From a virus: a stretch of 64,000 bases of DNA. The stretch is from the IMG/VR virus record IMGVR_UViG_2884379107_000001. One strand, given 5' to 3'. Under the pieces are notes generated by a model. The model saw only the letters and a program-made list of their open reading frames with translations, made no database searches and was not told the DNA's origin. The position numbers and the translations under genes were made by a program. Within the stretch, counting starts at the first letter, position 1. Each line of letters opens with the position of its first letter. Of this stretch, positions 18,114-26,745 are shown one piece after another.

Positions 18114-19514
18114 TTAATCAACATATTGCCATTTAAAACCAGCATGAGTGGTTTTTGGTCGATAGTCTTTTATTGCGGAGTCGTAAGCCTTGCCTCTGCA
18201 AGCACACTGCACACTACCAATACAAATACCTAACTCTTCTTTTATATCCTCTATTCGCTCCCACACCTTTATGACTTCACTAGACAATGGATCTATTTGG
18301 GCAATCTTTTTGCGCCATTTTTCATTTATGCCTTTATTTAGAGCCATTCGCCTTTCGGGTGTTATTGGCCTGCCAAGTTTGGCGCGATGTTCGGGCGAAA
18401 GGGTTTTGCCTATGTGAGATTCTGAAATTTTTCGCCTTGTCGCATCGGATGCCCTTCGCCCCCTATTTGGGTTTTCATTGTGAGCATAAAAATGTTTTAA
18501 TTTGGCCCTCATAACTTCTACTTGTTCGGCACTCCTTTTGACGCCCCTGCACGAACTGGCAACCTTAGCGATATTGTAGCCTTTTTTAGGGTCATAGCAT
18601 TGGTAAAAATCCATCCAATACTGTTCGCGTTCATCCAACCTAGAAAGGTCTTCTACTCGCTCCAAAACTTCAAGATGAAAATTACCGATGCCATACTTTT
18701 TTAAGGCATTGGGGAATAATCCTTTATTTCTTGATTCTCGGTGTCGGTAATATCGTTGGTAAATATCCTGAGCCTGACCAACGTAAATTTTTCCATTAAT
18801 CTTATTAGTAAACTTATAGATGCCCGCAAAACTACATTCGGGCAAATCTTGCGGGTCATAGTTAGGATTAAATAGTTGTCCTGCTGGTACTTCCTTTTTC
18901 GGCCAAACTTGCCGAATCTCAACACCATTCTTTCTAATAGCATCCCGAACAGTATTGGCTGATACCCCTAAACGCTTGGCTATTTGTTCGGAAGATTCGC
19001 CATTTTCATAATCAATGGCTACTTGTGCTTGCTGTTCCTCGGAAAGGCGGTAAAGGCTACGCTTTTCAATTCCCGACTCTCGAATAAGCTTAGATACAAT
19101 TACATTACTAAATCCAATCTCTCTGCCAATTTCGTAACTGTTTTTCCCATCAACGTAAGCATCCAAGATGTATTTTTTTTGTTCATCGGTAAGGTGCTTA
19201 CGAGTGACGACGTAGCCCGCTTCATTCATTATATTCGTAACGGTTCCCGTACACACATCAAACGCTTTGCTAATCTCAAGGCTGGAATTTCCATCCAAGT
19301 AGGCGGCAACTATTTGTTGCTTAATTTCCGGGGTAAGTATGGCCTTTTTCTTATTATACTTTTGTCTGGTAATACCAACCTCATTAACTATTCGGTTGAC
19401 AATTCCGCTACTCATTTTAAATAATGCCGCAACCGACTTAATTGTGCCACCGGCTAGGTAAGCATTAATGATTGAATCATTTGACACATTAGCTTTGGTG
19501 CATTGATTAGCCAT
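18114..19514 (-). CDS. GIY-YIG homing-type endonuclease with four N-terminal HTH repeats and NUMOD3/NUMOD1-like motifs
   Basis: AGIYKFTNKINGKIYVGQAQDIYQRYYRH; repeated Y.DG.SS.EI...G.S...V units; RRKISESHIGKTLSPEHRAKL; C-terminal HAGFKWQY. Confidence 0.88.
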   Translation of the reverse strand: MANQCTKANVSNDSIINAYLAGGTIKSVAALFKMSSGIVNRIVNEVGITRQKYNKKKAILTPEIKQQIVAAYLDGNSSLEISKAFDVCTGTVTNIMNEAGYVVTRKHLTDEQKKYILDAYVDGKNSYEIGREIGFSNVIVSKLIRESGIEKRSLYRLSEEQQAQVAIDYENGESSEQIAKRLGVSANTVRDAIRKNGVEIRQVWPKKEVPAGQLFNPNYDPQDLPECSFAGIYKFTNKINGKIYVGQAQDIYQRYYRHRESRNKGLFPNALKKYGIGNFHLEVLERVEDLSRLDEREQYWMDFYQCYDPKKGYNIAKVASSCRGVKRSAEQVEVMRAKLKHFYAHNENPNRGRRASDATRRKISESHIGKTLSPEHRAKLGRPITPERRMALNKGINEKWRKKIAQIDPLSSEVIKVWERIEDIKEELGICIGSVQCACRGKAYDSAIKDYRPKTTHAGFKWQYVD

Positions 19515-19866
19515 TTTTCCTCTTCTTTTCCTTCTTTAATTTACGAAAACTCTTCGGGTAACTCTCTGTCTGCTCATGGCAGGAATGGCATAGGGTATGG
19601 CCGTTGTCGGGACACCATAAAGCCAAGCAACTAATAGCATCCTCCACCGTACCAAGGCCGTTCATCCTGACAAGGGTAGACAACTCCATCAGGTGATGAG
19701 CCTCAATCACTCGCTTACGCCCGTTACGCTTGCCACATTGTTGACATTGAAAATGGTCACGCAAAAACACACTTCGTTTCCAGGCTTCGTACTGAGGCAA
19801 TTTGCGAATGAGTTTAACCAAGCCCGTAACACTCATACGGGCTTGGTTTTTTGTCTCACTTTTCAT
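19507..19866 (-). CDS. HNH endonuclease
   Basis: VFLRDHFQCQQCG...IEAHHL...DNGHTLCHSCH. Confidence 0.88.
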   Translation of the reverse strand: MKSETKNQARMSVTGLVKLIRKLPQYEAWKRSVFLRDHFQCQQCGKRNGRKRVIEAHHLMELSTLVRMNGLGTVEDAISCLALWCPDNGHTLCHSCHEQTESYPKSFRKLKKEKKRKNG

Positions 19867-20615
19867 TCCTCCACGTACTTGAGTTCCGCCATTATTAAGC
19901 CGTGGATTTTGTCTAAATGCCCATAGCGCTCAATGGCATCCAGCATGGATTCTCCACTCAAGCGGATCAAGCGGTATACGTTAATACTCCACACCTCGTT
20001 AAGCCGCTTATACAGGTAATTGTAGGTTTCTCCCTGTTCGGCTCCATGATACCCACAGTACTCGTTTACCCGATGCTTCACCGCTTGCCGCAAATCCGAA
20101 GCAGGTCGTTTGGGGGGATTGGTCAGCGAAGGGGTACGTTTTAGGTGAGGAGGAATAACCGATGGGCGAATTAGGCCCGAACTCCCTTTTATACTTTCCA
20201 CCTCCGCCCGTAGTTGAGCCAGTAGATTGCCCTGCTCCACCAACGCATGGGCCTGTTGCAGTAAAACCTGTTCCACTGACAGTAAAACCGGAGAAAGCTG
20301 TTGTTGGGCTTTCCGTTCACACTCCAAGAAGTACCGTCGGATTTCCTCCCCTTTATCGGTTCGGGCAAGCATGGACAGGCGTTTGGCAAAATCCACTGTC
20401 AAATGGAAATCCTTTGTCGCATTACCGCTCGACACTAGGTCGAACCCCTCCCAGTCTTCACCCTCTTTGCCGTAGGGATTATTAATGATGTTCTTTTTCG
20501 ACCAGCGCGACCATTGCGAAGGGTCGAACCCTAAGAAGTCATACAACTCTCGAGCGGAGGCTACCACCGACGAACCTTGTTCGTTGTTGGTAATTCGGAT
20601 GAGGTCGTTCATCAC
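19863..20615 (-). CDS. AntA/AntB-type antirepressor with a C-terminal ORF6C-like domain
   Basis: VASARELYDFLG...DFHLTVDFAKRLSMLARTDKGEEIRRYFLECERK. Confidence 0.85.
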   Translation of the reverse strand: MMNDLIRITNNEQGSSVVASARELYDFLGFDPSQWSRWSKKNIINNPYGKEGEDWEGFDLVSSGNATKDFHLTVDFAKRLSMLARTDKGEEIRRYFLECERKAQQQLSPVLLSVEQVLLQQAHALVEQGNLLAQLRAEVESIKGSSGLIRPSVIPPHLKRTPSLTNPPKRPASDLRQAVKHRVNEYCGYHGAEQGETYNYLYKRLNEVWSINVYRLIRLSGESMLDAIERYGHLDKIHGLIMAELKYVEE

Positions 20616-20959
20616 TTAGCCTTAGGGTCTTTTCGGTAGTTGCTGATAAAACTTTTCGTCCGATCTTCCACGGAAAAAATACTGACTTGTGGGTTAGAGG
20701 CAAGGTAATTGGCCTCAACAAGTTGAGCGGCTAACTCAAAAAGCGCATTCTGAATTTCCTGATAGGACTCTACCTCTTGCAGGTGACCCGACGCGGCTTC
20801 GTCGTCACCCTTTCCAAAGGCCAGCAATAGGGCGCGAATGGAATTATTCTTACTTAACTCCAAGGCCCAATAAATACGGGTAGCCTCGGAATCTTGCTCG
20901 GGGTCGGTCGCAAAGGAAACGTTTAAGGTGCCTATAAACTCTGCTGTTGGCTTAGTCAT
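20612..20959 (-). CDS. Hypothetical protein
   Basis: 115-aa ORF translationally coupled to both neighbours. Confidence 0.65.
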   Translation of the reverse strand: MTKPTAEFIGTLNVSFATDPEQDSEATRIYWALELSKNNSIRALLLAFGKGDDEAASGHLQEVESYQEIQNALFELAAQLVEANYLASNPQVSIFSVEDRTKSFISNYRKDPKAK

Positions 20960-21500
20960 GACTCACCTCCTTTTTAGGCTTAAAAGCAGTGGTGTAGCCT
21001 GAATTGGTATTGAAGAACTCAAATTCCTCTTTTAGCTTATTAACATCATTAAGATGAGAAACAAAATCGCGTATCTCATACCGATACTGATTTAGGTCCA
21101 CATTTTCACTACCTACCCAGTGCGAAAACATTTCGACCTGTAGACCTTCGCTTGAAGGAGTATCCCGAAAGTTCCACATTCGATACAACAGATCGAATAA
21201 GCCACTGAGGGTCTCTTCGTCACTGGCTATTTTTTGAAGGAAAGCCTTTTGCCAATCATCCGGCATAGAAAGGGTTTTGGCCGCATTTTGGGCCATTTGT
21301 GGAGGGGTGTTTGCATTCCTTCCCCTACCCACGTAACTTTGTTCCGTGTTACACATAACTCGAAAGGTTAAATTGTTGCACATTGCCCCTTTGCTGAGTC
21401 TGCCAAGATTTGCAGCATTGGGGTTTTTATTAACTATCAATTCATTGCATACTGTCCAGCGGGCAACCCTATAGGTATTATATCGCCTTTTCTGCATCAC
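20952..21500 (-). CDS. Hypothetical protein (start uncertain)
   Basis: First gene of the coupled operon, downstream of the XRE gene. Confidence 0.55.
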   Translation of the reverse strand: MMQKRRYNTYRVARWTVCNELIVNKNPNAANLGRLSKGAMCNNLTFRVMCNTEQSYVGRGRNANTPPQMAQNAAKTLSMPDDWQKAFLQKIASDEETLSGLFDLLYRMWNFRDTPSSEGLQVEMFSHWVGSENVDLNQYRYEIRDFVSHLNDVNKLKEEFEFFNTNSGYTTAFKPKKEVSHD

Positions 21501-21558
21501 ATTAACATAACAAATATATCAATTGTCAACATATATATCAACAATAAGAATAAAAAAA

Positions 21559-21765
21559 TTATTGATAGCGTACAATTAGGCCCAATCCTAAAACCTCCCC
21601 GATTTTTTGCAAAGTCACAATAGTTATATTCTGACTACCACTTTCATATCTACTATATGCAGATTTGGAGATACCTAATTTATCAGCCATTTCTTGTTGG
21701 GTCATTCCCTTGGCCTTCCTAGCCTCCCGTATCAACTGCCCTACCTGCTCTGTGATCTCTGACAT
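21559..21765 (-). CDS. XRE-family HTH transcriptional regulator
   Basis: IREARKAKGMTQQEMADKLGISKSAYSRYESG. Confidence 0.9.
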   Translation of the reverse strand: MSEITEQVGQLIREARKAKGMTQQEMADKLGISKSAYSRYESGSQNITIVTLQKIGEVLGLGLIVRYQ

Positions 21766-21860
21766 AACCCCTTTATCAAAATCTTATTTCGTATAAAGGT
21801 AAGCAGTAGACGTTTATCTACAGTAAAGTGAAAGTTTCTTTCATATAAATGAACTCCTCG

Positions 21861-21916
21861 CTTTACCAAGTGGCAACATTTGATGTAGCTACATGTTTTA
21901 GCCCCACTTGGGTAAC
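21861..21916 (-). repeat. Right 56-bp inverted repeat of the nuclease cassette
   Basis: Reverse complement is GTTACCCAAGTGGGGCTAAAACATGTAGCTACATCAAATGTTGCCACTTGGTAAAG. Confidence 0.8.
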
Positions 21917-21980
21917 TACTATCAATAGGTAATCACTCTATCTATTTGCCTTTAGAAAGGAAAGTACGATCCACCAAACT

Positions 21981-22280
21981 ATGAAGCTGCTTGAAGCAAT
22001 TTTTCATTACACAAAAGACCATCATTTGGAGCTAATAGGTCTACTAGTAGTCTATTTTTCTCTTATTGTCACCATTTAGTAGTATTTAGGCCAAAGAAAG
22101 CCCGAAGAGAAAGACAAGAGGTTCAATAATTATCATAGGCTTCTAAAAGAGCCTATCGGCGAAAACCCAAATCAAACAATGTATTTATCCAGGCAAGTAG
22201 CCATTGTATTTGAACCTAGAAATTACCCCGAATACAACGGAGTTAAAGAACGAATACTCATTGAGCTTCTTCAAACTTAG
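21981..22280 (+). pseudogene. Disrupted small membrane-protein gene
   Basis: MKLLEAIF...LIVTI stop, then protein-like sequence continues (KDKRFNNYHRLL...RQVAIVFEPRNYPEY) in a disrupted frame. Confidence 0.4.
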
Positions 22281-22398
22281 TCAGTTTCCTCGCAGTCTGA
22301 GAGGCTATTAATAGAAATTCAGTTTACATTAGAATATATCAAAAGCGGACTTTAAGAGTACTAACGTTAATATAAATTAATAGACTATCAAGAAAAAA

Positions 22399-23646
22399 AT
22401 GAATTATAACTTGGTTAGAAATATAGCATGGGGATTATTAGGCTTTGGCATTTCCATATTTATCTATTTTGTTGTGTCATCAAAAATTGACAATCTTCAA
22501 ATATGGAGTAGCAATAAAATAGATTTTGGTATAACAGGGCAGTTTGGCGATTTTATTGGTGGTGTTGTAGGAACCCTATTTTCACTATCAGGGACTTTAC
22601 TGATTTTCTTAACATTTCAAGAACAAAAAGAGCAAAATTATAAGGAGTCAATTCGAAACAATATTGACGGATTCGAGTCAACTTTTTTTGAGTTAATAAA
22701 ATTGCACAGAGAAAATATCAACGAATTGAGTTATACAAGATATGATGAGATTGATACTATAAATGGCGAATTAAGCTCAATGCGAACTGCAACAAGCAGG
22801 AAAGTGTTTAAAATGATATTTCAGCAATTTATTGAATGTTTTAATGAAATAAAAAACTACCCAATTAATGATATTGATAGCGAAATATTAACAAAACCTT
22901 ATAAAGAAAAACTGAAAAAAATTATAGCCAAAGTCAATCCTGATATTAATTTGCACGAAATGGCTTATATTGACATAGCCTATTCCATAATTTATTATGG
23001 AATAGGCTCAGAAGGAGAATCTATTTTAAAAAGTAATTTTTCAAATAGATATGAAAAGGGCTATATAAATAACTTATTAAACTATATTAAATTAAAGCCT
23101 AGGCAGGAGAATAAGCAGCTTTTTGGCGAATGGGTTAAGCTAAAGGTCTTAAAAGACGTAGAATTTAAAAATAAGTTAGCAGAATATATTAAAACTGATA
23201 ATATGAGTTTATTGTCAACTAATGCCTCGGAAACTAAGGATGTGCCTTCACTATTAAATAACAACTATATAAAATATTATGGAGGTCATCAACATAGATT
23301 AGGTCATTATTTTAGGCATTTATTTCAAAGCTATAAATATTTAAACACGTCCACAGTTTTGAGTGAAAAACAAAAGTACTTTTATGGGAAAATGCTTAGA
23401 GCCCAATTATCTACATACGAACAAGCCTTATTGTTTATAAACAGTATTTCAAGTTTAGGAATGAAGTGGGAATTTACCCCAGATACCTCAGATTTATCTG
23501 TACCCAATCCCAAACCTAATGAAAATATCGTTAGAACCGACTTAATTACTACTTACCATTTAATAAAAAACTTGCCCGGCACTCATATTGAAAATTTTGT
23601 CTATAAAACTTACTACCCAAATGTTAAATACGAAACTGAGGAATAA
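22399..23646 (+). CDS. Putative phage abortive infection protein (AbiC-like / putAbiC)
   Basis: N-terminal TM plus GQFGDFIGGVVGTLFS; FESTFFELIKLH; C-terminal LGHYFRHLFQ...YGKMLRAQLSTYEQALLFINS. Confidence 0.8.
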   Translation: MNYNLVRNIAWGLLGFGISIFIYFVVSSKIDNLQIWSSNKIDFGITGQFGDFIGGVVGTLFSLSGTLLIFLTFQEQKEQNYKESIRNNIDGFESTFFELIKLHRENINELSYTRYDEIDTINGELSSMRTATSRKVFKMIFQQFIECFNEIKNYPINDIDSEILTKPYKEKLKKIIAKVNPDINLHEMAYIDIAYSIIYYGIGSEGESILKSNFSNRYEKGYINNLLNYIKLKPRQENKQLFGEWVKLKVLKDVEFKNKLAEYIKTDNMSLLSTNASETKDVPSLLNNNYIKYYGGHQHRLGHYFRHLFQSYKYLNTSTVLSEKQKYFYGKMLRAQLSTYEQALLFINSISSLGMKWEFTPDTSDLSVPNPKPNENIVRTDLITTYHLIKNLPGTHIENFVYKTYYPNVKYETEE

Positions 23647-23664
23647 ATTCTATAAAGAGAATAT

Positions 23665-24489
23665 TTACTTAATCAATTTTTCAGGTGGTGACAATAATGT
23701 TGCAGTATTATATCCAAAATGGAGGGTGTTAAATAACATAACGAGCACAAGTAAACAAATACCAAAGAAAAGAATACGATCAAATATATTAGAATCTTTG
23801 CTACGAACACCATAATAAAATAGTACAGATATAGAGATAGCAGTTACTAAAAAAATAATATCACCATATTCTAGTTTTCTTTCCGGCTCAAATACCTTTT
23901 GAAACCCTTTGGGTGCTCCTTTTATTCTAGTATCTATATACCAATTACCGTTTACTTTGCCAGTATAAATAATAGAAAATGTTGCCCCATCATCAGCTTC
24001 TAATCCCTCATCCCCTTCAATCTGTAAATCAACTTGATCAAATTTACCTTTTACCTGATCTGGGTGAAATGTCTGCGAAAATTTCAATTCAGGACGTGTG
24101 GTTGCAATCATCTTGGCCTCTAAAATCCTAATAGGAACTGAGCATTTTATGGATATTGGTTTATCCCGAGAAAATGCTGACTTATCTAAGTATTCATTGC
24201 CCGCATTCCAAAGAACAACTGTAGCGGCCCTAACATTCTGAACCTCAACCGAATCATAGTAGACTTTGATTTTTGAATTTTGTCGACTTTCAGTTACTAC
24301 CACATCGGATATAACTCTATACACAGGTTTAGCTACCTTCTCTGACTGATAAGCCTGATAAAGTCCATATATACCAAGTACTGTACCAAGTATGGTCAAC
24401 CATCCCATAAGTGTAGGGTTGGTCAAAGGGTTGAACTTTGGTTTAGAGGATACTGGTAGTTGTCCCTGTTGAGGTAAGTCTTCGTCCAT
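23665..24489 (-). CDS. Membrane protein (one N-terminal TM, beta-rich domain, two C-terminal TMs)
   Basis: Hydrophobic segments near aa 25-45 and 210-262. Confidence 0.7.
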   Translation of the reverse strand: MDEDLPQQGQLPVSSKPKFNPLTNPTLMGWLTILGTVLGIYGLYQAYQSEKVAKPVYRVISDVVVTESRQNSKIKVYYDSVEVQNVRAATVVLWNAGNEYLDKSAFSRDKPISIKCSVPIRILEAKMIATTRPELKFSQTFHPDQVKGKFDQVDLQIEGDEGLEADDGATFSIIYTGKVNGNWYIDTRIKGAPKGFQKVFEPERKLEYGDIIFLVTAISISVLFYYGVRSKDSNIFDRILFFGICLLVLVMLFNTLHFGYNTATLLSPPEKLIK

Positions 24490-24903
24490 TTAGTGTGAGA
24501 TAATTTGCTGTACTAAGAACGACAAACTCCCTTATCATCGCAAATGTATTCCCGACTACCGGCAAGATTTGCTGTATATACATGATTTAAACCGGTTGGT
24601 GCAACTACCCATTGTTCAAATAATCGTCCAAAATGTTTTCACTATGATCTCTTAAACAAAACTATTCTGGTATTGTGATGCAGATCAAGAGGCAACCGCA
24701 GAAACTACGACTAGTGGCACAAAAACTACAACACCTTAAAAATCAACCAATTACTAAAGTTGCTCACAAAAATACTAATGATTTTTCTGCGAATACGCGT
24801 TTCAAGCTTGACAACTCCTTGACAAGGCGCTACCTTTATTTAACAATCCATTTGCCCTCACTACAGACGGAGCGCACACAATCTTTTAAAGACGTGTACT
24901 CCT

Positions 24904-25158
24904 ATGAGCCGGACAAGAACCCCCCAATCGGGCAACCGCAAGCCCTCCACCCCTACTTGGCTGGATAAGTTCGAACACCTTTCCCGAATCCTATACCGTT
25001 ACTGGCGCTGGCATCTTCAGTTTGCAGCTATTATTCTTTGTGGTATTTTCTTGAAGCCTGAAGTGGCCACTATTTTGATTCCGGCCATTACGTTACTCGG
25101 TGGAGCATCGACGATTAAGGAACTCAGGAGGGGGTATAGGACTAAGCCGGATGAGTAG
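24904..25158 (+). CDS. Small membrane protein
   Basis: 84 aa with two short hydrophobic segments. Confidence 0.45.
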   Translation: MSRTRTPQSGNRKPSTPTWLDKFEHLSRILYRYWRWHLQFAAIILCGIFLKPEVATILIPAITLLGGASTIKELRRGYRTKPDE

Positions 25159-25491
25159 ATGAGGTAATTGCAAAATAAATATACACAACTGAATATGTTC
25201 ATTGACTCAATAAAGGGTATTTTTCCCGTAGGAAGTGAAGGAAATAAAGGGTTATTTGCCTTTTTGAGTAAAGCTTTATATGACTAAGCTAATTCTCATA
25301 GTTTTTGGACTGTTCTTTATTTTGCTACTTGATAAGTAATAATTTGTTAGATAACGGGGCAAATAAATGACATATAGTCAATAAGAGTTCCTAACCATCA
25401 ATTTGCCTTGTGACAAGGTTTTTGGGATAAAAAAACAACTATTCACAAAGAATATTTTGTAACTAATTACAATATATAATATAGCAATCAT

Positions 25492-26358
25492 ATGGATATT
25501 GCAACGTTTGTTGGTATAGTAGGTGTCGCAATAGCAGTATTAGCATGGCTTAAGCCCAAAAGTCCAATTTTAACAACCCCGAAAACTCCAGTTAATTCTG
25601 TCCATGTAGATATTTTAACACATGTAAAGGAGACTAAAATATTACGTGTAGGTTACTGCCACTATCCTCCCTTTTGCTATTCCACCGTAGATGATGTTGA
25701 AAAACATGACGGCCTATATATCAATCTTCTTCGGGCATTTTGTCAAACTCAAGGTATCGAAGCTCAATTTGAACAGATACGTTTTTCATCCTCTATAGAC
25801 TATTTACTCGCCGATAAAGCTGATATTTTGTTATCAATTTTTCAAACTCCGAAACGTAGCCGAAGTGTAGATTTTACCGCTTTCTTACATACGGTGTCTG
25901 TATCTGGTATAGTACGCAAAACAGAGAATAGAATCACCTCACAGTCAGATTTATTACAGTATCCCCTCACCTTTGTCGTCTGTAGAGGTGAGATTGGGCA
26001 TGAACTTTTAGAGACGTCTATAAAGATCAGTCCGAGTAAAGTTACTGTAATAGATACAAGCAACATCGCTGATATCGTTGCCTTTGTTGCGGCTAAAAAG
26101 GCAGATATAGCTATTGCAGATAGCTTATCTTGCCAGCATGCATTAGATGCAAGAGGAGCAGAAGGTCCTCTTCTTAAGCCAGTTCTGCGAAGGCGCCCAT
26201 TATATCTTTGCCAAAATGGGATAATGTTACCCTTAAACCAAGAAAAACTCTCAGATTGGCTGGATAAAGGACTTAAATCGCAATTAAAATTACCAGAGTT
26301 CCAAATAATGGAAAATGATTTACTTGAAAAGTATAATGGGATAATATCAAAGATTTAA
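25492..26358 (+). CDS. Orphan class-3 (amino-acid type) solute-binding protein with an N-terminal TM anchor
   Basis: LRVGYCHYPPF...DGLYINLLRAF...ADILLS...TPKRSRSVDFT...ADIAIADS. No permease or ATPase gene adjacent. Confidence 0.8.
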   Translation: MDIATFVGIVGVAIAVLAWLKPKSPILTTPKTPVNSVHVDILTHVKETKILRVGYCHYPPFCYSTVDDVEKHDGLYINLLRAFCQTQGIEAQFEQIRFSSSIDYLLADKADILLSIFQTPKRSRSVDFTAFLHTVSVSGIVRKTENRITSQSDLLQYPLTFVVCRGEIGHELLETSIKISPSKVTVIDTSNIADIVAFVAAKKADIAIADSLSCQHALDARGAEGPLLKPVLRRRPLYLCQNGIMLPLNQEKLSDWLDKGLKSQLKLPEFQIMENDLLEKYNGIISKI

Positions 26359-26557
26359 TTTTCAAAATGAGTTGGACGCAGTTGCTCCCTTTAGGAAAGT
26401 TAATTAGTGAGCGAAAGTCATTATACCCTCTTATAAATTTCAGCAAAAAGTTAAATGTAGATCAAGACTGAGTACTATTATAACTGTAAAGCCAATTTGA
26501 GCCTAATTTTTTGAAGCATAAAAAGGGTATTTTTTTCGAAGGGTTTTTCGATTAATA

Positions 26558-26594
26558 ATCTTCTTTGTAGCTTGGGCAAAGCTACAAAGAAGAT
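26558..26594. repeat. Perfect 16-bp inverted repeat
   Basis: ATCTTCTTTGTAGCTT-GGGCA-AAGCTACAAAGAAGAT. Confidence 0.8.
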
Positions 26595-26745
26595 TTATCT
26601 AAACCTTAAAACTTGAATACCCCTATCAGTTCCATACATAAGTATGTGTAATCATAAAATAATTAATACTTTAGGACAAAAGGAAAAATAAGACAGGTAA
26701 TACATAAGTTCCTTGCTCAAAAATAAAGACACTAGTCTAAACTTT

